Part shown: positions 43,605 to 54,880 of the stretch, piece by piece
Layout: each line of letters opens with the position of its first letter
Position numbering within the stretch: the stretch's first letter is position 1
Notes under the pieces: generated by a model
Database searches by the model: none
What the model was told of the DNA's origin: nothing
Seen by the model: the letters and a program-made list of their open reading frames with translations, nothing else
Position numbers and translations under genes: made by a program
Assembly (NCBI GenBank): GCA_022813865.1
Contig: JALDZX010000037.1
Location: 1 to 64,000 of the forward strand
Direction: 5' to 3'
DNA from: Xylographa opegraphella
Taxonomy: Eukaryota
Length of the DNA: 64,000 bases

Positions 43605-44025
43605 GGTGGGAGAAGAGAAGGGGGCGGGATGGTGTGAGATTATGTACCCGCTGGGCTTGGAGCTAGCGGCGCCGGGTAAGTGGGTGTGGTTACCGCTTTG
43701 GGCGGATTTCCTGGTGGGAGCCTCAACAGCCGGGTGGGAGCCGCCTGACGTTGCAATGGCAGTGGGAGACAACGAAGCGGCAATGTTTGGGCAAGGGCAA
43801 GGTACCTTAGCAAGCAATAGTATACCCTACGTGTACGCGTCCGATGGTTCTAAACTGTTTTTAACGAGGACAATGGGCTGTGAATACGGTCGTTGTTGTG
43901 TTGCAGAGCTGCGTCCTAACGTCAAATAGGGGTATCATTTTTAGAAAGCTTGGATAACAAGAGGACTACTTCACACCTGAAATCCACGCCGAACTTCATC
44001 CATAGTCGGTCAACCTGTTGTCTCG

Positions 44026-47000
44026 CTATCCCACCCATCTCCGCGCACTCTGGAAGATCCTGCCCCACGGCCCAACATCTCCCCATTCTTTAACCTTCCC
44101 TTCCGGAATATAACTCCCAATCCCACTCATCACAGTACGTTCTGGATGCGGCATAAGAGCGAGTACCCGTCCATTCGGGGTGCGTACACCTGTGATACCA
44201 CCTGGGCTCCCGTTCGGATTCGCTGGATACTTTTCTGTGGGCTGTAGATAATTGTCGATGTATCTGGCAGAGACTAAGTCCTGCTCCAATAGCATCGTTG
44301 GTGGGGAAGATTTGGGGAATGTTGCTTTTCCTTCGCCGTGGGCTGTGACGATCGGGAGTTTCGAGCCGGCCATTCCGTGGAGGAAGACCGATGGGGTAGA
44401 ATGCGTATCGAGGATTTCAACCATGCACACTCGAGCTTCGTATTGCTCACTAATATTCCGCTCGAATGTCGGCCATCCTTCCGCGCCCGGTATGAGCTCC
44501 TTCAAGCGGCTCAGGAATTGACATCCATTACACACGCCGAGAGTGAAGGTGTTCTTCCTGGCAAAGAACTGCTTGAACTCCTCTCTAGTGTTTGCATGCA
44601 GGAGAACAGACTTCGCCCAACCTTGGCCCGCACCAAGCACATCACCATACGAGAAGCCTCCACACGCGGCAAGTCCAACGAAAGATCTGAGGGATACTCG
44701 GCCAGAAATCAAATCTGTCATGTGAACGTCTATTGCCGAAAAGCCAGCACTCATGAAAGCGAAAGCCATTTCCGATTGGCCATTGACCCCTTGTTCCCGA
44801 AGGATGGCGACACGAGGCTTTGATGACAATGATAAAGAGGATAGAATAGTACTAGCGAAAGGTAGTATGTGCGCAGAGGTATCGTAGGTGAGGTTATACG
44901 AGAGTCCTGGATCCGATGAATCAAGAATTGAATCGTATTCAGTGCCCGCACAGATCGGGTTATCTCGAAGCTTCTGCATGTGGTAAGACGTTGATGACCA
45001 TCGTTGTTGTAGCGAAGCACGTGAAGCCTGGTAGACCACATTCGTACCCATACGGATAGTCAGATCCTGCTTACTGGCAGGCGTAACACATCCAATCTTG
45101 GTAATGAGTCCATGAGGTGGTCCGCAAGTAGCAAAAGCACGGTGAAATTCTATTTCGTCCCTCTTGCGTACTTGGAACACTGCTCCAAGCTCTTCATTGA
45201 ACAGTGTGTCTATGAGATCCCTGTTTTGACTTGATCGGCAAAGATTATCGAGCATAATCTCCAAGCCACATCTTCCTGCAAACATCATCTCCGCGAGGGT
45301 GGTGAATAGACCGCCATCAGAGCGATCATGGTATGCAAGGACTATGCCAGACTCCTGAAGCTGCTCTCTAGCATCAAAGAAGTCTTTAAGCAATTGAACG
45401 CTGTGAAGATCGGGCGCTACATCGCCTATTTGACCAAATACTTGTGCTAGCGCAGAGCCTCCCAGCGCTTTTCGGCCCTCAGCAAGGTCTACGAACAATA
45501 GTATAGTCTCCCCTATGTCTTCTAGCCGACGTAATGTGGGTGTCCATGTTCGGTTGTAGTCTGCGACAGGAGCGAAAGCTGATATGACCAACGAAAGCGG
45601 CGCGGTAACTTCTTTCGTTTCTTTCAATTCTGGCTCCGTCCATTTCATTTTCATAGACATGGAATCTTTTCCCACCGGTATACTGATACCAAGTTTTGGG
45701 CACAAGTCCATACCGATTGCCTCGACAGCCTCAAATAAAGCAGCGCCCTCGCCTGGATGATTACTTGCGGCCATCCAATTTGCTGATAACGTGATTCTCT
45801 CAAGTCCATCACGAAGGTCTGCGGCAGAAATATTCATCAGTGCCTCTGCCACAGCCATACGAGATGACGCGGCCGGCGATATCAGTGCAAGTGTCGGCTT
45901 CTCGCCCATAGACATCGCCTCGCCCGTCTTCAGGCCAGAAGTAAGAGACGTGGCCGTGACAGAGACGTCTGCGACAGGCACCTGCCACGGCCCCACCATC
46001 TGGTCCCTCGCCGTCAGTCCACCAACCGTTCGATCGCCAATAGTGATGAGGAAGGATTTGGATCCTACAGCTGGCAAAGCGAGCACACGCTGGACTGCTT
46101 CCTCGAAAAGGCCACCAATTGGTGCTTCAGGGAGATACAACGTAAGGCTGCTATCGAATGGTGGCAAGTCTGGCTCTCGAGACTCCACTATCCTTGTCGT
46201 TTTCGGAGGCTTGCCAAATAGCACCGACATGGGAAGGTCTATTGGTGTTGGATGCTCCTTGGAATCTCGATCCATCACCACAAGTCGTTTCTCGCCTTCT
46301 TCTTCATCTTTAGTTCTCCCGACAATGGAATAGCCACAGCGCTCTCGATCGGCTATCTGTTTGAAGACATTAAGACTCTCTTGCCCTACTGCTAAAACAT
46401 ACCTCTCCTGCGCCTCACAGCACCAGATTTGTAAGGGACTCATGCTCTTATCAGCATTGTCAATTTCTCGCAATTCGAATGTAGCTCCCAGTCCAGCATC
46501 ATGGACCAGCTCTGGCAAGGCATTTGAGAGGCCACCTGCTCCCACATCATGGATGAATTTGATAGGGTTCTCTTGACCCATAGCCACACATGCGTTAATG
46601 ACTTCCTGCGCCCGCCGCTGTACTTCAGCGTTGCCTCTTTGCACACTAGCGAAGTCTAAATCCACCGAGCCTTCTCCAGATGTGACACTCGAGGCCGCCC
46701 CCCCTCCAAGGCCGATCAACATGGCCGGCCCGCCAAGCACAATAACATATGCGCCTGGCCCAACTATATCAGGATCTTTGAGCGCAAACTGAGGCCGTAC
46801 AGTTCCAAGACCACCTGCGATCATGATGGGTTTGTGATATCCGCGAAGCTCTGATCGGCCTCCCCCAAGTGGAACTTTGCTAAGAAAGGTTCGGAAGTAT
46901 CCCGTAGTACATGGCCGTCCAAATTCATTATTGAAAGCTGCACTGCCTATTGGTGCTTCAAGCATTATATCCAGGCTGCTGGCAATGTGATTGGGCTTTC

Positions 47001-48099
47001 CCACATCGAGTTCCCATGGCTGGCGGAACCCTGGTATCAATAGGTCGGAGACACTAAAGCCACAGAGTCCCGATTTTGGTCTAGATCCTCTACCGACAGC
47101 CCCCTCGTCTCTGATTTCACCTCCGGACCCAGTGGCAGCTCCAGGGAACGGCGACACTGCTGTCGGATGATTGTGCGTCTCGACCTTTGTAAGGTACTGT
47201 ACCTGTTCTGTAGTCTGCGTCCACTCACCAGTGGATCTATTCGGAGCCAGGAAGCTGCCTCTTTGACCATGAAGAACGGCCGCATTGTCACTGTAAGCGC
47301 TCACAACGAACCTTGGATTCTTCTCCTGCGTATTACGGATCATATTGAAAAGGCTCCTTGCCTTCTTTTGTCCATCAATAGTCCAACTTGCATTAAACTG
47401 CTTATGTCTGCAGTGCTCCGAATTGACCTGAGCAAACATGAAAAGCTCTACGTCAAAGGGTGCTCTTGCAAGAAGTCCTTTGGAATCGTAGGCCTGTAGA
47501 AGATATTCGATCTCCGATGCATCCAGTGCCAGTCCGAGGGTCTTGTTGGCTTTCTCAAGGACAACCCGAGGATCACTGCCTTCCTTGTGTATCTCAATCT
47601 GCCGAGCAGGCAGAGGTTGATGCTCTCCAAACATAGCCTCGAGGTCCGGCGGCTGCGAAGCGAGTATCTCGGTCATTCGATCGTGAAGGTCATTCGCAAA
47701 GGGAATGTCTGTGACATCACATGACTTGTCCGTAACTATTCTGAAGATAACGCCACGCTCGATTCGCTTCACGATCTTGCTGAAACCACAGACATCGGCT
47801 ATACTTGTAGCCTTTGAACTCCATGGTGATATTGTCCCGATCCTTGGCGAGACGTGATACTCATACACCTTGTGGCTGGAGTCGGCCTCCCTTGTAGTAC
47901 GAGCGCCATTATGAGGATCATCATTTTTCAATAATTGTTCCAATGCAGCCGTATCAGTCTCCGTAGGGGACCGCGTAAAAGCGACATAATGAACGTAGCG
48001 TGCACTAACATCCAATACACCAATCTTCACCCCGAGTAATTGTTTGCGAAAGTCGGAGAGTGCAGAAGCTCCTTCATAAGTAACAAATTGGAGAGCCAT
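44026..48099 (-). CDS. ADE6: Phosphoribosylformylglycinamidine synthase (large PurL), intronless
   Basis: FAQVNSEHCRH, KVETHNHPT, GAATGSGGEIRDE, HDVGAGG, GVCNGCQ, MPHPER. Likely start MALQF at 48099; an in-frame ATG also exists at 48216. Confidence 0.97.
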   Translation of the reverse strand: MALQFVTYEGASALSDFRKQLLGVKIGVLDVSARYVHYVAFTRSPTETDTAALEQLLKNDDPHNGARTTREADSSHKVYEYHVSPRIGTISPWSSKATSIADVCGFSKIVKRIERGVIFRIVTDKSCDVTDIPFANDLHDRMTEILASQPPDLEAMFGEHQPLPARQIEIHKEGSDPRVVLEKANKTLGLALDASEIEYLLQAYDSKGLLARAPFDVELFMFAQVNSEHCRHKQFNASWTIDGQKKARSLFNMIRNTQEKNPRFVVSAYSDNAAVLHGQRGSFLAPNRSTGEWTQTTEQVQYLTKVETHNHPTAVSPFPGAATGSGGEIRDEGAVGRGSRPKSGLCGFSVSDLLIPGFRQPWELDVGKPNHIASSLDIMLEAPIGSAAFNNEFGRPCTTGYFRTFLSKVPLGGGRSELRGYHKPIMIAGGLGTVRPQFALKDPDIVGPGAYVIVLGGPAMLIGLGGGAASSVTSGEGSVDLDFASVQRGNAEVQRRAQEVINACVAMGQENPIKFIHDVGAGGLSNALPELVHDAGLGATFELREIDNADKSMSPLQIWCCEAQERYVLAVGQESLNVFKQIADRERCGYSIVGRTKDEEEGEKRLVVMDRDSKEHPTPIDLPMSVLFGKPPKTTRIVESREPDLPPFDSSLTLYLPEAPIGGLFEEAVQRVLALPAVGSKSFLITIGDRTVGGLTARDQMVGPWQVPVADVSVTATSLTSGLKTGEAMSMGEKPTLALISPAASSRMAVAEALMNISAADLRDGLERITLSANWMAASNHPGEGAALFEAVEAIGMDLCPKLGISIPVGKDSMSMKMKWTEPELKETKEVTAPLSLVISAFAPVADYNRTWTPTLRRLEDIGETILLFVDLAEGRKALGGSALAQVFGQIGDVAPDLHSVQLLKDFFDAREQLQESGIVLAYHDRSDGGLFTTLAEMMFAGRCGLEIMLDNLCRSSQNRDLIDTLFNEELGAVFQVRKRDEIEFHRAFATCGPPHGLITKIGCVTPASKQDLTIRMGTNVVYQASRASLQQRWSSTSYHMQKLRDNPICAGTEYDSILDSSDPGLSYNLTYDTSAHILPFASTILSSLSLSSKPRVAILREQGVNGQSEMAFAFMSAGFSAIDVHMTDLISGRVSLRSFVGLAACGGFSYGDVLGAGQGWAKSVLLHANTREEFKQFFARKNTFTLGVCNGCQFLSRLKELIPGAEGWPTFERNISEQYEARVCMVEILDTHSTPSVFLHGMAGSKLPIVTAHGEGKATFPKSSPPTMLLEQDLVSARYIDNYLQPTEKYPANPNGSPGGITGVRTPNGRVLALMPHPERTVMSGIGSYIPEGKVKEWGDVGPWGRIFQSARRWVG

Positions 48100-51000
48100 G
48101 ATTATATATTGAGAGAGAGTGGTTCGCACGAAGATTTCGCGAAGAAAAGAGTAACCATGAGAGATGTCAAGGCAATTGATTGGCTTCTGGTTATGACCAA
48201 GAGAGGCATTAGACAATTCTATGAGATAGTAAAGATCATATTGTCCAACTAAGCTACAGCTTCGACATCTTATATTTGAATTCTCACTCCTTTTTCTGGA
48301 AGGTTGTCACCAGTGAAAGGTCCGTTGAAAATAGTCTAACCCGATTCGGGAAATAATCTCAGTCCTTCCCTAAAACAGCCTGCTCTGTGCAAAGTTTATC
48401 TGCATTCTAAGGTATGCAAAGACATCAAACAACATCCGCAATTCATCTCAGCAGCTCCCGTATGATCTCTCAAAGATATGCCGCACAATCTCCATAGTTG
48501 TGGGGCCTTTTGTGTATACTACTTAGACAGACGACAAAACTATAAGAACCTCGAGTTCCCGGAGCTTAGGCACGGGGCAGCGAATTCGATCCGCTCTTTA
48601 CGCTCTGTGAGCAGCCTCAGTATTAAGTTATGTACATGCGGGCTCTTTGCTTCTCGTCCATGGTCTGGGTGCTGGCTATGTCTGTCCCGAATCCTCCTTG
48701 CCGATTCATACGTCAAACCGATGGCCATGTGACACAGCCGATGTGCTGTAGTCAGGAACCATTCGGCAGCGAATGTCCTTCGATTCCGTATTTGTCCTTA
48801 CCTAGCACTTTCCAACGGCTGACGGGCTAGCTGGTGCTAGCTTTACATACCCACTCCACTGAGCAAGCGCAGCCAGCTCTATGCTCCGCGCCGCCTGTAT
48901 CAACATCGTGAGCAACACACGGCCCGGTTTAGACATATGTGATAGCTTGACTCTTTTGACCAGATTGATGGACACGTAGTCTTCGATTCGTGTGTCCAGC
49001 GTCCAGACCCTTGAAGGGTAGATGTGAAACCATTTCAACGTACCTGGCATCCCGTGTCCTGTCTCGCATGGATGCATAGTAGCGTGTGAAAGGCGTGGGA
49101 CACGGGGTAGAATATCTCGTGCGCTTGCGCATATAGGCAACCGGCTCTGGGATACTCCCGTGAAATCTTTCCTTCCCGTGCGGGGGATGAGCTTAACATC
49201 CGGCAAGAACAAATTTCGTTTCTTCCGGTTATTGCTTGGGAGCTCCATCATAGTGATCGTCCGATGTTCCTACTTCCTTCTACCGACTTTTCTGTGCTCA
49301 TGTTTGCAGCACATTCATTGTGCGGCAAGTATGACTGGAATCAGGTATGCCCCTGGAGTTTTGTCACTCTGGATGTTGGATACATTGTGTTCCACAATTT
49401 CTAGAATATGACAATCCACGCCTGGTGTTGATAGCAATAGCCTAGATAAGGTAGATACGTATCCTTGACGCGATGTTACAGTGTTCATATAGTTCGCGAA
49501 GGGGCTAATAACAAGAAACTTGGTAAGAAAAGACAATGTAAAGCGTGTTTGGCAGACTGTCAAACGCAATACGTCTGATTCGGATCATGGTTCAGTCATG
49601 GATCATTGTGCACCACGGGCTTCCACCGAAACCAGTAACCGGGATGGTAAAAAAGCCACGCGGGGCTGGAAGTAATCCAAGCTTTGGCTGACTCTTGGGC
49701 ATGGAGGTCTATCACACAGTGTACATTGCTTGAATACGCGCTCGACCGGGAGCATCAGGTCCGGGTGACGCTCGACATGAGAACCATTTGGTAGAAAGTG
49801 GATTGGCGCGAAGTGATTTGTATGAAAGGCCAATCAAGCAGAAGCAGCTGAGAATGACGTAAAATCAGTCACCAAAATCCACAGGTGAAACGCAATGGTC
49901 ATGACAAGCGCGAAGAACAGCAGAAGAAAGTAGCGGCTGAGCTTGACTTGGCTCCAGAACAGTGCTTAAAATGTTCTGTGCCGTTGAAACAGTTCGGAAC
50001 TCGTGGCATAACCTAAAGATCTCTACTACCTGCTCTGCGGCAGACGTTTGTGGCTTGCTCCATGGTCGCATGAGGCAAGGTAGTGTTGCGGCTAGATGTA
50101 CGCGGCACATAGGACAATCACTATGATGCAGCTTTACAAGAGCCTTACCTGTGGTCAGACGTCGCCAAGTCTTCTTCCGCGAAGCGCCTCTGGACCATGG
50201 CCTTTTGAAGGTCACATGGTGGTGGCTGTACGATACGTCGGAGATCGTACCTGAGACGACAAGACAAGATCATCTGACGTGAGACGAGTAGCTGCCACCG
50301 TTAGAAGTTAGATTCTGGTGCATAGTCCATCCCTGCGACTCTTGTAGCTGTTATATGCCAAAAGTCATAGTGAAATGGACTTGGTAAATATACTAGTCAT
50401 GTGAACCTGACCAGCAAAACGACATAGGCCAAATGTTGAGAGAAAAATTTCTGCCGTGGTGATGGGGTTTGAGTGCTGCGTGGGATAGGCTATATTGCTG
50501 AAACGAAACCAAACAGATATTGTCATCTCAAACGAGTACGTCCAACAGTTAAGGCAACACATTTGGCTCACTCGATGCCCTAGCCCTACCGTAGATCCGA
50601 GTACCTTACCTAGGGATGATGTGCAAAACGGCTTCTTTAGGGCCGACGTCGATCAGTGCGTGTCGCGTATACCTTCTTGCCATGGATGACAAGCTCTCTG
50701 GTAACCAAAAGTCCAGTCACAATCCTCATTGTCGGATGATCCGCGGCCTTGCAGTGAGGAACGTAAAAAGTCTAAAGCTCGGGTGGTGGGAATAATTCCC
50801 CTCAATTCAGCGATAGAGTGGTGGTATGTACGCTGGAGGGCTTATCGGTCGCATGATGCTCTGCTGCAGCGTTCGGCGGCGCCAAAATGACGGCACGACT
50901 GAGAGCTTGTAGAGAAGCTGCAGGTATGAGATGTGCTAGTGGCCGCTTTCTCGAATGGAGGCATCTCGTGCATCGCATCAGGTAGGAAATAGTGTCGGAG

Positions 51001-51934
51001 TAAGGATAAACCTCTGCGATACCGGCCGGGCATTTTTCGTCCGGAGTCAATTCGTTGCAGGCGCACTCGGCGGATCGGATACAATGTTTAGATACCTGAC
51101 CTTTGCGCTTTCGAAGCACGGCAGTTAGTCTAGCACGAGAGCGTTTTGAACCTTTTTTTTTGAATCGCAAGAGGACTGTGCATGGTATGTGTGCGACGCA
51201 TTCTTCCGCACCGTCCGGTTTCATCGGTTTGTCGAGTCTAAGTGGTGGAGCTGTCATTGCGACTCGAAGTCTGCATTGTTCTTGTCCAGCATGAAGCGAG
51301 CAAGAGGTGAGAGTCCTGATGATGTTAACGTTCGTAATATGAGATTGGGGGCCAGGACTGCGCGCTGGAAGAGCATGAAGAGCATGAATGGAATCCTTCG
51401 ATAACGAAAACACACAAATCGGAAGATGGCCGATCTCCGGCCTCAAAGAGGCATAGCTGAGACGTCCACAGTGCTTGGGCCACTCGAGCCACTTAACAGT
51501 GCACGATGGCTGTTCTTGGCTGTTCTGCTGTATGCGACTATGCAGCGTGCCGGGCGTGATGCCAATCATGGCGATGCCATTGGACGGATAATGCGATGGC
51601 AGACGGCAGACGGCAGAACGGGGGGAGGGGTCGATTCTCAACCTTCTCCTCGTCGCTCATGTCTCTGCTACCGCGTGTGGGGTGAAGGGCGCGGGGCGGA
51701 GGTGGTACGGTAGTGCATGGATGCTAAGGCAAGGTGAGGTAGGTACAAGTGGTCGCAGGCATGAAATCAGTGGAGCGAATGCATAAACGCAGTGACGAGG
51801 TGACGAGGTGACGATGCACGGAAGTTAGTCGATGGAAGCTTTGTGGGTGCATGGAAAACGCCAAGCGCAGCAAAAGGCAAGGTACGGAGCGTCCACGCAC
51901 GAAAGCACGAAGTAATTAAGAGTGGGAAAAGTGG

Positions 51935-51993
51935 CCAATGAGCTATGAGCCATGAGCCAATAAGTCAATAGACCAATAAGAGAGTCAGCCAAT
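51935..51993 (+). promoter_or_regulatory. Cluster of four CCAAT boxes
   Basis: CCAAT at 51935, 51957, 51973 and 51989, about 770 bp upstream of the gene at 52759. Confidence 0.5.
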
Positions 51994-52758
51994 CATGAGC
52001 TCGAATGCTGCCCACTTGAAACTCGTCCCACCAAAAACGGCTTCTCCCTCCCTCTCTTGCACTCTGGAATCTCTGTCGCGCCCACCCCCAATTCTGAACC
52101 ATCTTATCCGATCCGCTTGAACCTCCGTCCGCGTCTAGGTAGCTATTGTCGATTGCAGCATGGCCCGCTGGACGAGAACGGGTCGATCGCCTGATGCCGG
52201 ATTAGACCCAGCGAACAGAAGCATCCTGCTCCGATCCTCGTTGCCCCGCAGTCGAGGTTATATATCCTACAGAACGATGGACTTCGCCTCTTCCCGGTCA
52301 TGTTGGTCTGCCCTCTCCCTCCCAATTGCACACCATCCTCCGACGACCACCGCATGACAAGGTGCCGACGTTGGCACCGAAGCATCCCTCGCACCTGATT
52401 GCCTGGACGTCAGACTGGTTGTGTGTTGTGTTGTGTACTCCCGCATTGCTACAACTCGAGTTCCAGGATCCGGACTAAGCAGGGTCACGTCGAAAAATCA
52501 ACCTCATGCACCGCCCTCATCTATGCGAAGCGCAATCCACCATCCTCCGGCCAGAACATTGACCCGGTGAACGTTTTGCGGAGCTGTTGCTATTACTATA
52601 CGCCTCCTCCCGCCTCTACCTACACTGTTATTTTCCCATACAATTTTCACAACTATAACCGTCACAGATAATCACCCTCCCGCTCACCCCTCTCTTAGCA
52701 GAGCGACGATTGCCTCGGGCTCCGCTGCCCATAGCTGCCGCCTCGACAGTTGCTCGTC

Positions 52759-53898
52759 ATGCCCGTTCTCTCACGCCGCCAGCCGTTGCTGGACCTACGT
52801 AGCAAGTCTACCGGCTCCATCACTCCGCCCGACGACGAGGGCCTCAAGGCACCTCTCTGGCTCCTGGCTGGAGAAACCTTCGAGGCTCCTCAGAAGGAAA
52901 GAGACTTCACGGCTTCCATCCCAAGCCGCCGATTGAAGCCCAAACAGAAGTCCCGCTCCAACCTCCGTCTCTCGACTCAGACGTCTCTGCACGAACGATA
53001 TGAGTCCAGCGAGGAGGAAGCTTCCCCAAGTCCAGAAGGCTACGCCTCTTCGGCCGACGAATCGTCCCTTTCTCAACCCGAGGAGACCACAAAGATATCG
53101 TCTGACCCGATCGACCTCGGCATAGAGGTCCCCTCTGACACAGAAGACGAGTCAGATGCTCTCCCGACAACTCTCAGCGAGCCGGCAACGGCTATTACGA
53201 TGGCAATCTTCAACGCCGGACGCCCGAAGCTCATCTCCATTGCTGCCCTTGCACCAATGCAGAAGCGAAAGCGCACGGCCCTCAGTCCAGTATCCATTCC
53301 GACCACGCGGCTGAATAGCAGTGTCAGCGCTGCCATCCCTACCTCGCCGGCTTCCCCTTCTCCACCTCGCAAGCGCAGTGCTTCCGTCCGGGTCAACACT
53401 GCTGCACCCACAACATGGCTGCCGGAGGTACAAAACGAGCTGGAGGAAAGCATGTCCTTTTCGGAAGAAGAGGAGGCGGACGACCTTCTCCATGCTGGAG
53501 AGTCGGACAACGTGTACACCGGTCAGACCAAGCCCAACTCTTTGTCTACGGACCAAGAAGAAGAGTTGTACTTCCCAGCCGAGCCATTACCCACGTCGCC
53601 CACTCCCACGACATACGCTGAATACGATCCATACTCCCTAGACCCACCCAGGCTGTCAGGCAGCCACGATTACGGTACGAGAAAATCAAGCCTGACCACC
53701 CACCGTCCCTACAGCTCCAAAGCAGAAGGCACGTCGATCCGCTCGGTCCGCAGAAAGCAAAGCTGGATGGGATTCGGAAAGAGTCTCGGCCTCGGCCGGA
53801 GGGAGAGGACCTCGGGCACCAAACCAGGCGCGAAAGGAACGGAAAAGACTGGCAAACGCGTCGGGCCCATGATCCCCGCCTTTGAGTTCGAAGAGTAG
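52759..53898 (+). CDS. Ser/Pro/Glu-rich hypothetical protein, intronless
   Basis: ~379-codon ORF from ATG 52759 with coding-like codon use; short motif AGRPKLISIA. Confidence 0.7.
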   Translation: MPVLSRRQPLLDLRSKSTGSITPPDDEGLKAPLWLLAGETFEAPQKERDFTASIPSRRLKPKQKSRSNLRLSTQTSLHERYESSEEEASPSPEGYASSADESSLSQPEETTKISSDPIDLGIEVPSDTEDESDALPTTLSEPATAITMAIFNAGRPKLISIAALAPMQKRKRTALSPVSIPTTRLNSSVSAAIPTSPASPSPPRKRSASVRVNTAAPTTWLPEVQNELEESMSFSEEEEADDLLHAGESDNVYTGQTKPNSLSTDQEEELYFPAEPLPTSPTPTTYAEYDPYSLDPPRLSGSHDYGTRKSSLTTHRPYSSKAEGTSIRSVRRKQSWMGFGKSLGLGRRERTSGTKPGAKGTEKTGKRVGPMIPAFEFEE

Positions 53899-54614
53899 CG
53901 CCGCTCGGATGCCGATTACGCTTGACGGGTTTTTGACACTGGGAAACGGGATCGGTGGGGGGGGCGTTGGGACTGGCGAACGATACCAACGAGGCAAAAT
54001 TCCCCGCCACAATTGCAGCGCGGCTGCACGTCGCACGCCGAGACGAATTCCATAGTTTTTTTTTTCTTTTCTTAATTTCCTAATTCCAATTCAAAGCTTG
54101 GGCTGAGCTGTTCCACTTACGAAGTAACCTACGGTGTACTGTAAATCCCAATTATCTGATCCTCCAATCTGCAGTCCCGGAACCAGGAAAACAAGCACTT
54201 GTGTGAACGGTGACCCGGCCCAATCGCGCTCGTCCCCGGCAGAGCTTCTGCGCCAAAGATGTTGCTTCGTCGCCCACACCACTTCATAGCAGGTTGCAGT
54301 GGTGGAATCGGAACTTTGCTGCCCTTTCTTCTGCCTCGTCGTCCTACCAGCCTTCATTGGGGTACCTGGGCATGACATCTAGCTTGGGTATCTTACCTGA
54401 GATACAGAACTCCCCTCCCCCCTTGCATCTCCCCCACCCTGCCCTATCCTCAGCCCTGTAGCGATTCTACCTACCTACCTTACCTCAGGTACCTACTACC
54501 TACTCAGCAAGCCCAAGCGATCGCCACCTATGGACTCCCCCCCCACCACTCACTGCCCACCCCCCCTAATCTTCACCCTTACGAAACAGTCGGCACGAAC
54601 CCATCCATCCATCC

Positions 54615-54880
54615 CTTAGCTGATGGTCTCACGACCCAGCGGACGTCCCCTCCCCTCCATATTACCCTATAGCTGTCGCTCTGCGACAGCATCTGCACAC
54701 CAACATCTCGCGACAGAACCGGCAAGGCATAAAGGCCCCCCCTTTCCCCCTCCGCTTCGGCGGAGCAGAAGGGGCGCTTTTATTTACCTCGCTGTAAGAA
54801 CGCCCTGACGGATGGTTTTTGGGAGGGAATTGACGTCCCCGGGTGCCGAAGACGAAGCTGCTGGTTTCGCGGCGCGGGAT
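54615..54880 (+). ncRNA. Candidate structured non-coding RNA (family unidentified, possibly a snoRNA)
   Basis: Nested helices, a C(UUCG)G hairpin at 54750-54765 and an 8-bp hairpin at 54672-54690. Flanks are C-rich and G-rich like those of U4. Confidence 0.45.

Noticed and set aside
50802..51641. 279-aa minus-strand ORF
   Set aside because: TTG start, Cys/Arg-rich non-coding-like composition, no recognisable motif.
54620..54858. Hammerhead ribozyme (CUGAUG...GAAG)
   Set aside because: The core deviates from CUGANGA/GAAA and no stem I/III with a cleavage triplet is evident.
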